Shown piece after piece: positions 49,030 to 60,110 of a stretch of 64,000 bases of DNA (positions are counted from its first letter, which is position 1; the number at the start of each line of letters is the position of its first letter). The position numbers and the translations under genes were made by a program. The DNA comes from Takakia lepidozioides. Its lineage: Eukaryota > Plantae > Bryophyta. Location: contig CM060733.1 in the NCBI GenBank assembly GCA_030704615.1, forward strand, positions 682,001 to 746,000, read 5' to 3'. The notes below the pieces were generated by a model that saw only the letters and a program-made list of their open reading frames with translations, made no database searches and was not told the origin of the DNA.

Positions 49030-50173
49030 TTATAAAAAAAAAAATCAACAGGGATTGTAGCCCTGGAAAATTTACTTGACAGATAAAGAAAAAATAACCT
49101 TACAATTGCCATGAAGGCTGAGTAAAGAGGTTCCACTCTGAGCTAGAGAAACAGTAAGGGAAAGGGACAGCAGCAAAATAAGAAAACTGCTACATAACAC
49201 CAAGCTTATAAATCCATAAGCTACACCCATTGCAGAACTACACAAAGGAAGAAGAGGCAAAGAAAGAGGAACAAGAGGCAGTAAAAAAGCATAGGCCCTC
49301 TCAAAAGAGAGCTGGGCTTTAGATTTGCCCTTTCTAATACTACGCTTGTGTTTCCAGTTGACCTCCGAGTTTCCGCCCTCCAATGGGGAAGGCTTCGAGC
49401 TAATGGACCTTCCAATAGGTAGGGAGGGAGTCTTCCCAAGCGATCCGAGAGTCTGAAATCCTTCTGCAAAAGATGTATCCATGTCCCCATGATTTGTCGA
49501 AGTCGGCAAGCAGCTGATCTCTCTTGGACCTGCTACACCTTGGAAGAGCTAAAATCAATACAAACCACGCTTTACGAGCCTCAGACATCAGGTCTGAGTG
49601 AGCCCAGCAGAGGACCCTCTGCAAGCATGGCCTCACCCTCTGAAAAACCACTTCACACCTCATATTCCAGATGTTCCAAAGAGTGATACCTCTGGTAGAC
49701 TCCCAAACTGGGCAAGAGCAGAAAATGGATCCCTCTTTAATATTCAGAAGCATAACAGAAGGAGAGAAGCATAGATTGGTAGACCAATTGGAGTAGAAGG
49801 AGAGGGCCTTATCCCAAACTGCCCTCGCAAAAGGACAGAGAACCAGACAATGCTCCAAATCCTCCGGAGCATGAATATTGCAGGAACCACATTCCGATGG
49901 AGAGTCAGAGAACAGTTCCGCCACTGGTAGGATTCTATTCACAACCTTCCATAGAAAAGCTGCCACCTTAGTGGCCCTTCCAAATGTCAACCCAAACCGC
50001 TTTCCAAGTAACTGGGTGACCACAGATGTGTTCCCATTTTATGGTCCATTTGCTATCTAGGCCTCTCTTTGGCATCAACAGCTTATAGCCCAACTTCATG
50101 GAGTAATTGAAGAAGGGATCACGCTTCTTATTCAACCAAAACTATTCGCCAGGGTCAAAATGCAGCAACTTCA
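49030..50173 (-). mobile_element. L1-type LINE 3' fragment (zf-RVT region)
   Basis: ORF 49400-50023 AAFLWKVVNRILPV...CGSC...EDLEHCLVLCPFARAVW...WNIWNMRCEVVF; cut off upstream by the CACTA terminus. Confidence 0.8.
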
Positions 50174-50925
50174 CACTATAAGAAAAGTTGGCTTTTAGGA
50201 CTCTGTGTTATGACTGCAAATGCAGTTATGAAAGCCATTTACGACTTCCCCACTCTCACTACTACGTTTGGGGGGGGGGGGGGGGGGGGTTTAGCGATGC
50301 CTCAGCGACCTCCAAACGCCGCGCCTAGCGACAAAAATACACTACAGCGCCCGGGGCACGCCGGGGACAAATTGCGACGTCGGAAAGTCGCCGCCACGTC
50401 GCTCCCGGAACGTCGCAGATTAGCAACCTCAGGGAATCGCTAATCCCCCGGGTCCACCTAGCCACGACCAGTGACGGCCAAAAGACGTCGCCCCTCCGGG
50501 GCGTCGCAATATGGCGACTCCCAGGAGTCGCAACAAAGGGCAGGGAGGGGGGGTCCATCCCTTCCCCTGCGTCATGGGGCCGTCGCAAGGACGTCGCCCA
50601 TTCCCAGAATAAGCCACGCGGTGGCGTCGCCAAAACGTCGTAGCCTGGCGACGCCCAGGAATCGCCATGACGTCGCCGCCATTTGGGGGCGTCGCTAGAG
50701 CCCCATGGGTAAGGAGGTTCTGTAGCGACGACCGGGAATCGCAGGGATGTCGCAGCCCCCGGGGGCCGTCGCTAGCTCCATGGGAGGGCACGTTCGTGTG
50801 CGACTCCCTGAAGTCGCAACAACGATGCAGCCCCTTCGTGCGTCGCTAGCTCCACGTTGGCGGGTCATGTTGCGACAGCGGGGAATCGCAACGGCGTCGC
50901 TGGTCGCACCCGGCCGTCGCTGTTT
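50174..50925. mobile_element. CACTA (En/Spm) terminus: TIR plus subterminal repeats
   Basis: CACTATAAGAAAA at 50174, followed by many GCGAC(G)/(C)GTCGC direct and inverted motifs at 50290-50920. The partner TIR was not seen in the window. Confidence 0.8.
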
Positions 50926-51199
50926 TGGAGGGTAGCCAGCTGGTATTTGGGGTGGGGTTTTGGGGTTTTTTTTCTGTTTTGAGGGGTGGGGGTGGGGTTT
51001 TCTTGGGGGATGGGTGTGCCTCGTGCTTGCATGAAATGCATGCATTCTAATCTATAGGTTAGATTAGAATCCACATGTCCATTAAGGTTAGAATGATGAT
51101 CGAAATGGTAACTGAAGAAATATATACATAAAGCGAGTACTACATTTACATGTCTCTAACTAGGAACCATCCCTCACTCCTCATCACCTGAGTCATAGG

Positions 51200-53394
51200 T
51201 GTACTCGTCCGAGGAATGCAAGCTACGCTGGGCCTCCAATTTGGAGGATGATGAGGCCGAGTCCGAGATTACATCATCCTTCAAACCACCCCCTACTACT
51301 GGCTCTCCCCATCCGGCCGAGCCACTGAACTACCATCCCCACCCCTACAGATGCACTATCCTCCGTCAATTGTGGCGTCTTGGCCATTGAGGCTACAAGG
51401 GCCTTCCATCCCTGAGTCTTGCAAAAGTTGTGCTCGATGGCGGAGGGAGGCATCTCAAACTTCTTTTTCTGCACATGACATACAAATGCAATGACAAGTC
51501 AGAATTCATAATGGAAGGGAGAAGCTAAAAAAAAAGAATGGGTATGACAAGAGAAAGAACACTTACGAATCGGGTGACAAAACTCTTGCTTCCGCCGGGG
51601 CCCCACTTGTGTGTTGATTCCGCACACTTCTCGAGGCGGGCTGCAGTTGCCGCACGTCCCCTTGCGAAGATCTCCGCCTTCAGCTCTTCCCTCTCCCTTG
51701 CGATGAGAGCCTCCCAAGATTCCTGTCCAGCCCCAACAAAGACACTATAAATGTTAATGAACTCCATACCGCAATGAACATGCATTCAAAGACACCAATG
51801 ACAACTGAAGTGCGTCTTACCTTGGTTATTCCATGTGGCATGGTCGTTGGTTCGACCCCCGCCTTGAGTGCCTTGCGAATGGTTTGTCGCGCACGGTACC
51901 TCTTGTCCTTGAGGTTCTTTCCCACCAGCTCCAAGAGCTTCCCCTCATTCCACTCACCCGGAAATGTGCCCTCAAGTGCTTGCACGAATGCTCGCCTATG
52001 GCGATGTGATTGGCGTGGCCAATCAATATGCCAAGGGAACCACCTCGCCGCCAAGTCGAAGGCTACTTTTTTCATGGCCTCCCAATACTCACCAATGGGG
52101 TCACCGACCTATTGGTCTCTAAGGGGGGCACCTTCATCTTTGGCAAATCAAGGTTGCGGGGACCCGAGGTCTTTACCTCGTCCACGCTCTTCTGAACTAC
52201 CTCTCCCTTGTCTTTTGTTGCCCCGCTAATGCCCTCCACCGGCTGCACGCTCATCTGAACTAGCTCCCCCTTGTCTTTTGTTCCCCCACTAGTGTCCTCC
52301 CCCGGCTGCACCTCTCTCCTTCTACGCCTCTTTCTCTTACGCTCCCTCTCCTGGGCCTGTCCTTTCCCCTTCCCCTCCACTACTTCCCTACCCTCCTTGA
52401 TGATTAGGGGAACCTCAAGGACACGACGTCTTTTCCTCTTCCTCTTACCGTCCCCACGGGTAGGCACCACCACTGTCCCTGCTTTGTCGGTGGCAATCCC
52501 ACTGCTTGCCCACAAGCTTAGCCACGAATGCGCCAAGCTTCTGAACACAAAACCCACAAAATTAGAAACAAACCAGAAACAAAATGAAAGGCAAATGAAA
52601 GAAAAAAAGGTGAAGGAAAGAGGCTCACCTTTGCGTCCATGACCTCAATGTTGCCCTCGGTCCCCGCTTGTGGTGCACCCCCCATAACGCCCTCTCGGAA
52701 TAAGGGTGGAAGCCTATCCCATGCACCCAATAGGCTCGCAGGCGGCGCCCCAAAGTCCAGGGTCTTCTTCATTGACCGTTCAGCCGACGGACTTCGCAAG
52801 GGGCCCTCCATAGCCAGTGTCACCCTCTCCTCTTCCCCCTCCTTTCCCGTACCCCCCCCCTTATTTCCCTCTTCCCTCTTCTTGTCTTCCTCCCTCTTCC
52901 TTTCCTCCTCCTTCCACCTCATTGCGGCCTCCTTTGAAGCCTCCCTTTCTCCCAAGGTGAGGAGGAACCCACCCCCTTCTGACCCCCCCCCCCCCCCCCC
53001 CCTTATAAGCCCTCTTGGCTGCAGAAGAAGGGGAAAAGGCATTGGTGGTGGGGCTAAGATCAAGTTGCCCATACCTGGCGGTAGATCTGAGAATGCGCTT
53101 CCCCGCGTAAAAGTCAGGGCCCTCCATCAGTCCGTGGGGTGGCGTCCCAGCCTGAACATTGGGTGCACCACCCTCAAGTGGAGGCTCATCCCCAGCCTCA
53201 ACCTTCAAGGGCGTGAAGGCCTCGACGGCCTTACGGCGTGGTCCTCTCACATAGCCGCCTATAGGGCTGGTGAGTTTGGACCAAGTGGACCGTGTCACAC
53301 GACTGTCAATGACGGGAGCGTTGTCAAGCTTCCCTATCTTAGCGGCAGGCGATTTCTGCTCCTTCGGCGGCCCCTTCTCCTTGTCCTTAGCCAT
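51200..53394 (-). pseudogene. CACTA TnpA/TNP1-like (Transposase_24-like) multi-exon gene, frameshifted
   Basis: ATG at 53394 and a low-complexity basic N-terminus. Conserved block YWEAMKKVAFDLAARWF...LKDKRYRAR...PHGITK^ESWEALI...RGRAATAAR...HKWGPGG, with GT-AG introns near 52505-52627, 51724-51820 and 51468-51565. Confidence 0.55.
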
Positions 53395-53459
53395 ACTACC
53401 AGCTTATCCCTGCGCCCACAACACTACTACCGTGTGATTTCACATGCCAAAAACCAACA

Positions 53460-56400
53460 AGGCCTGATCCTCCCCCTTCCCCTCTCTTCCTCTCCCTCTA
53501 TCTTTATGTCTCTATATCTTTGTCTCCCCATTTCTCTCTCTGCTGATAAGCAAAAACTGAAAAGAGGGGTGGGGGGGGGGTGGGGGCTGAGAGCACCAGC
53601 ACTTGCTGCTGCTGTCAGCCCCCACCATTCCAAAAAGAAAAGAAAAGGTGGGGGGGGGGGGGAAGTGACTGAGCAGCAGCAGCTGTTGAGTCACTCCCCC
53701 CCCCAACCTTCTTTTTTATTTTTCTTCCCTCATCTCTCCCACTCTCTCCCTCTCTCCCTCTTCCCTCATCTCTCCCTCTCTCTCCCTCTGTCACTCTGTC
53801 ACTCTGTCTCCCTCTGTCCCATCAAGATGTGGAGAGAGAGAAGGATTGTTGAGGGGGGGAAAAAAAAACGGTGGGGGGTGGGGAAGTGACTGGAGCAGCT
53901 GCCCTCCCCCCCCCCATTTTTTTTTTTTTTTTTTTTCCCCCTCAACAGTCCCTCTCTCTCCCTCTCTCCTCGCTGCGTCTCTCCCTCTCTCCTCTCTCTC
54001 CCTCTGTCCCATCACGATGTGGAGAGGGAGGGAGAGCGGGAGAGAGAGGGAGCAACTGCTCAGTCACTCCCCCCCCGCCCTACTTATTTTTTTTTTATTT
54101 TTTTTTCCCTCATCTCTCCCCCTCTCTCCCTCTCTACTGGGAATTGGCAGTTTGCTATCATTGTTGACTTCTTGTTTTCTCATCCTCTATCAGGCTTTTT
54201 CATCCATACCGGATGAGCCACCAGGATGGACACTGAATTACCTCTAGGATGGTTCTTTTGGCCTTTTCATTCCTCCTCTATTGACTCTCGTCAAAACCGG
54301 ATGAGTTACCATGGAAGAAAAAAATTACCTCTATGGAGGTTGCCAACAACATCCTGTTTTTCCATCCGTACCGGATGAAAAACTATCAGGGTGATAATTT
54401 TTCATTCCTTTTTTATTGACTCTTGTTATCCATACCGGATGGTCTGGAAAGGAATGATAGAATTACCTGGATGGAGGTAAGGTGCTGCCACGGATGATAT
54501 TCCCTACTTTTTCATCCTGACACAAGTGAGTTGTCTATGGGTGATGTGATTATGACATGGAATTGATCTTTACTACCCCTAATTATGATTAATTACGGTG
54601 GAAACCCTAACCCCTACCCCAAAACCTATTTTTAACCTTGCTACGGATGAAATCCGTCAGGGTATATGGATTCGTCCTACCATTTTTCATCCACGGATGA
54701 AAAATCGGGGGACAACCCTATGTCGTCTCTCCCGCTGTCAGAAGCACGCGATGTGCTTCTGAGCTCGCGAGGAGAATGTTATGGCGGGCGTGCTTCGGTG
54801 GCTGCCCCGTTTGTGGTGTCGTACCCATGTTGGACGAGTGCCTGGGGGGGCGCGAAGGCGGCGCCTTGTCTCTCTTGCAGCCGGAAACACCGCTATGAAA
54901 GCAGTGGGCATCTTCCCTCCTCTGGCTTTTTTTGTGCTTAGCAAGGATGCTTATGATGGGAAGTTCTCTCCCTCTTTTCTAGTACCTTGCGTTTGTGCCT
55001 GCTTTGCTTCATTGCTTATGTGCTTTGTGGAGGCGGCTTGCTGCGGGTGGTGATGGCGTATAACCCGCTTCCCCAATCGCTTAAGGTGCCTTTGGAGTTT
55101 AGGGATTCTCATGTTCTTATCTCTTTCTCTTGCTTTTGAGTTTCTTAGTTGACATCGATGACAAGTATGAGGGTCTGTGATTCACCTGGGGTTCCACAAT
55201 CCTCACTAACCTGTTGGTTTTTGTGGGGGCTTGTGATGGGACCAGGTGAGGATCCTCACCTACTTTGAAGCTTCTTGAGCATGCAGATTGGGATATGGGT
55301 TGAAAAGACCTGTGGGTTTTTGCGCTGTGAGGTGGCTGCTGCCTACAGCCCCGATTTCAACCCGACTGCTCCTGGTTTGGCATGCTACAGCCTGGTTTTG
55401 GGCCTTTGTCGATCTGGCGTCGATGCGCAGCTCGGCCTGACTGGCCTGTCTTCTGAGGCTTGCATACAAACCATACCCTACCTCTTGATCTTTGACAGCA
55501 GGGCCTGTGGATTATTGAGCTAGGTTGTAAGTTCTTTTGGCCAAAGAGGATCTGGTTTTAGGTGGTATGTTATTGGCGGTTTTGGGTCTCTATGGACATG
55601 GTGGCCTTGAAGGGTATGGCGGCAACCTGATAAGGCACCGACCTGCTCCTTTTCAGGCCTATTTCTGTTGAGTATTGGATCACAGTGAGGTGTTATTTGC
55701 ATGCTTTAGCATGGAACTCTTGAAGGATAAGGATGGTAAGCTGCAATGGGATCCTACCTATAGTTTTGGCTTTGTCATGACATCAGGCCTATGACCTGCA
55801 ATCTGGTTTTTTATATGCAAAAGAGGCTGGATCACGGCTGTTCAAGCTGCTTGTCTTGAACCTGCAATTTGACAGGCTGAGTTCACATTCCCTTGACACC
55901 TTGTATGATCACATGTCTCGGGGTGAATACAAATGATATGGAATTTATTTCATCATGCCCAAGTAGGACTGCTTGGTGGCATATCTCTCCCTCATTTCTC
56001 CCTCTCTCCCTCTCTCTCTTTTCCCTCATCTCTCCCTCTGTCCCATGAAGATGTGGAGAGAGATGGACTGTTGTTGCTGCTCAGTCACTCCCCCACCGCC
56101 CCACCTTTTGTTTTTCTTTTTTTCCCCTCAACAGTCCCTCTCTCCTTCTGTCCCCCTCTCTCCTTCTGTCCCTCTCTCTCCCTCTTTTCCCCCATCTCTC
56201 CCTCTGTCCCATCAGGATATGGAGAGAGAGGGAGAAAGGGAGCGATGACGGAAAAAACAAAAAAAAAAACAGGTGGAGGGGGGGGAGTGATTGAGCAGCA
56301 GCAGCTCAGTCACCCCCCCCCCCCACCTTTTTTTTTTTTTTTTTTTTTTTCCCTTTCCCTCATCTCTCCCTGTCTCCCTCTCCCTCTATAACTCTCTGGA

Positions 56401-58860
56401 TTTCATCTGGCCTTAACCTTTTGAGGTTATTTAGTTTTTCATCCCAACCTTTTTCATCCAAATCTGGATGATATTATTATAGGATGATGAAACTTAATGT
56501 ACAGAAAGCTTGGTTTACCATCTATTTCTTTCATCTAAACTGGATGAAATACATGAATAATGGTTACCTATTTTAAAATCCAAGAGATAATAAAACTACC
56601 ATCATAAATGATGGCAGTTATTAAACCTAAGCCTATACTATAACCCTAAAAGATACCTTTTTATTGGATGTCATCCATTGACAATGTGCTTCTCTTGATA
56701 AAATGTGATTTTTCATCCACCCTGGATGAAAAATCGGGAAGTTATGCCCTAAGCACGCCGACACATTTCACAGCACTGAACTCGTGCTTCAGTGAACCTT
56801 GATGATGCGCCGCGTAAAACCTGCTCCCCTGCTGCTACATGATACTCGTGATGGCTGGCTCTTGGGATGCGCATTGGCGGTTAGGCAGATTCATCTCTGG
56901 CAGACGACGAAGCGATGATCGCTTTGCTCAGAAACTCATGGTTCTTTATTTTGCAGCGGCGCTTTTACTCCTCGTTGGGAAGTACTCTATCCCTATTTAT
57001 ATACAGATTACATGTTGCTCTCTTTTTGTATGAGCCATCTCTATCTGTGAACGCTTCTACTTTGATTGCGTTCTGTTGGAGACGATCTGTTGGACGCCAT
57101 GGCGCAGGGCATACCACAAACACTCAAGGTTTTTTTGAGTTTACCCTTGCTTGAATTGTGATCTGTACATGCTTTAGAATTCAACACTGACATGGATAGC
57201 AACTGTGAAGACCTGCCGCTCACCTGCTGCATCCTCACTAACACACATCGCTATGTGGTGGTTTTTGGGATGGGCACAGGTGAGGGTCTTCACTTGTCTT
57301 GATTTCTTGAAGCTTGCAGCTCCTATTCTTGCAAATGTGGATACTGCTGCTGCCTAAGCTGCTGATGCCATTTGCTGCTTCAAACTGCCACCATGCCGCT
57401 TCAGACCTGCTCCAAGATGGCTCCAATGAGGATCTGCTTCTCTCCTTACCCCTGTTTCTGGTTTTTTACAACCACATTTGCATGTGTAGGAGTTAAGCTA
57501 TGAAGGGTACAAGGGTACAAAATAGCAGTTATTACTCTGACTGCTTTGATACTTGGCTCTGAAATGAAACTTCTTGGTATGACTTTGATGGATCAAAAGG
57601 ATAAGCTTTGATAAATAACACACATTCTTCAAGGCCCTCATATCATTTTGGTTTCATGGCTTGATAACAAACAGGGGTTTCTGAGCTGCTCTTTCACCTT
57701 GGCAGAGCTATTTTATGAGGCCTTAAAATACCATTCCAGGCCTATACCTGCTTAAGGGGGCTCAACCCTGTTGTTTCTTCTTCTTTTTAAGAATCTTGCT
57801 TGTATCTTGGTTCTGAAACATCAACTTCAAACCAGTACTGTTTCTTAGGGAATTGAAATGCTCAAGACCTGGATTTTGTTTGCCTTGGCCCGTTAAAGAC
57901 TCTCAATTTAAAGGCCTGGCTGCAGGCAGGGTTCTTCTGAGTTTCTTTGTTAACTCAGATCTTTGGAGGTTCTAGAATACCACTCAAGACCTAGATCTGT
58001 TTTGGAACACTCAACCTTGCATAGGTTTCTTGTTTATTGCTTGTGGTTTGGCATTGATACATCACCAAACTAGCTTTGGAATGAAACCTCTCAGCTTGAC
58101 TCTGTTGTGTCAAACAGGTACGCCTTGTTTAGGGAACACACACACTCATTATGGCTCTCATAGCAGTCTGAATTTGAGGGCTGATAGCAGGCAAATTTGG
58201 GATAATTTGCCTTGCTTCTGTTCTATGATTCCTGCTTGTGACACGACACTGAAACGTCACCTTCAGGCCAGCAATAGCCTCTAGGGATAAGACTTGTTCA
58301 AAACCTGGATATTGGCATGTAGCCTCATGATATATACCATGTCTTGAACCATGCCAATAGGGCAAGAGGAAACATGATGTAAACCAGCAAATGCTTAAGG
58401 CATATTTGTTTGACTGTTTCAAACTCAACTTGAATTGTTTTTTAGCATGAGTCTTGGGGAATGTCCCAAGACCTACAATCTGGTTTTCACAACTTGTTTT
58501 GCTAAGGTGTTGTGTCTACTTGCAAATACTTAAGGCATGAATGGCTGGCTGTTTCAACTTGAAGTGCTATGAGCTTGATTCTGGAAATATCCCCAAACCT
58601 GCAATCTGGTTTTTGAAATGAGTTTGAAATGTTTTTGAAATGATGGTGCAAACTATGGTGCTTTCATGATATGATTGACCTGGAATCCCACCCTCCCACC
58701 TGTTTTTTCAGAGACCCTGAAATGTAATGGGGTATTCAAATGAGATTGTAAACATGAAAGGGTTGTTAGATGGTGCCCTGTAAAGGGCTGTTTTGTCTTT
58801 CAATGACAATGACCTTAGCGGTCTTGTCCATGTCTTGACATGACATGTATATCTTCCCTC
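53460..58860. repeat. Two related modules: CT-rich GTCACTCCCCC repeats, then a TCATCC/GGATGA motif array, then a unique segment
   Basis: 53460-54140 resembles 55980-56390. The arrays at 54180-54710 and 56400-56740 both end in TTTTCATCCA...GGATGAAAAATCGGG. ACCT(G/A)CAATCTGGTTTT is shared at ~55795, ~58470 and ~58598. Confidence 0.55.
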
Positions 58861-58867
58861 TCTCTCC

Positions 58868-58998
58868 ATGAAATTGAAACTGAAGAACACTTCTTCTATT
58901 GTCCTATATACTATGAGATCCGTGGGGATTCCACTGTCTACTCTGTGGAACCCAAATCTCTCTATGAAGATCAGAAATGCATGGTTGCTTACCTGCAG
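58868..58998 (+). mobile_element. Fragment of the same RTEX-like LINE
   Basis: EIETEEHFFYCPIYYEIRG...YEDQKCMVAYL matches ORF 30537-31346. Confidence 0.7.
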
Positions 58999-60110
58999 TT
59001 GGGCGCCTCACGCAGCAGCTCCTTCACGCTGGCGCTCCGCCACCAGGTCGCGTGGGCACACTCCCTCGCTCAAACAACCTAAAAGGGAGAAGAGGGAGAG
59101 AGAGAGCGAGGGAGAGAATGAGGGAGAGAGATAAGGGCGAGAGGGAGAGTGAGGGATAAGAGGGAGAATGAGAGAGAGAGAAGGAGAGGGAGGCAGCTCC
59201 CTCACGCGGCAAGCTCCTCACGCTGGCGGGCGCAGCTCCACCAGCAGGTCACGGGGGCGCGCTCCCAGCTCGCTCAAAACAACAACAAGACATAGAAGAG
59301 GGAGAGAGAGAGTGAGGGAGAGGGATTAGGTGAGAGGGAGAGTGAGAGAGAGGCGCGCGTGCGGGTTTGAACGTCGTGGCGCGTCAGTGTTGCGTCACCG
59401 CCGCCGGAAAACGCTCCGGCGCGCGGGGTAGTTGCGCCCGGGAGAGCTCGAGAGCAAAAAAAAAAAGTAGGGATGGAGGGAGGGGAGGGAGGAAGAGTGA
59501 GAGGAGGAGGGTGAGGGAGAGAGAGATCAGATAGAGAGATTGAGAGGGGGAGTGAGAGGCGGTCGGTGCAGCCGGCGCGCCAGTGTGGCGACCCCACCGG
59601 AAACCTCGGCGGCGATCAGGCGCCTTCGCGAAGGGGAGAGAGAAGGGGAGAGAAGGGCGGCCACCTTGGCAGGAGGAGGATCCGCTGCGACGTTGGGGAA
59701 TCGCACGAGCGTCGCTGCCTCAGGGGGACGTCGCAGCGTCGCAGATCTGGCGCAGAGTGAGTTGAAGAGGCCTCTCATTTTTTTATTTTATTTTTTGGTT
59801 TTTGGGTTATGGGGTTTTGCAAGGATCATTTGGGTTTTTGGGTCTTTGGCTCTTAGGGTTTTAAGGGTTACATAGTTTAGTTTAGGGTTTAGTTTCATAG
59901 TTTAGTTTAGGGTTAGTTATAATATAGTTAGTTTAGGATTAGCTGCAATATAGTTTTGTTTTAGGGTTTTGTTTTTTGGTGGGGTGGGGACATATGGCTT
60001 TACGTTTGTAGGGTTTTTTTTTCAAGTTTTTCCAAGGGTTGGGAGTGTAACTCCTCCGGAGGTTACAGTGGGTCACAATACGGTACTCTACCTCTCTCTC
60101 GTGCTAGGTC

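Noticed and set aside
52639-53889. 416-aa plus-strand ORF
   Set aside because: Antisense shadow of the purine-rich TnpA-like gene plus low-complexity repeats.
59850-59972. True telomere or interstitial telomeric array
   Set aside because: Only scattered, degenerate units within a TE.
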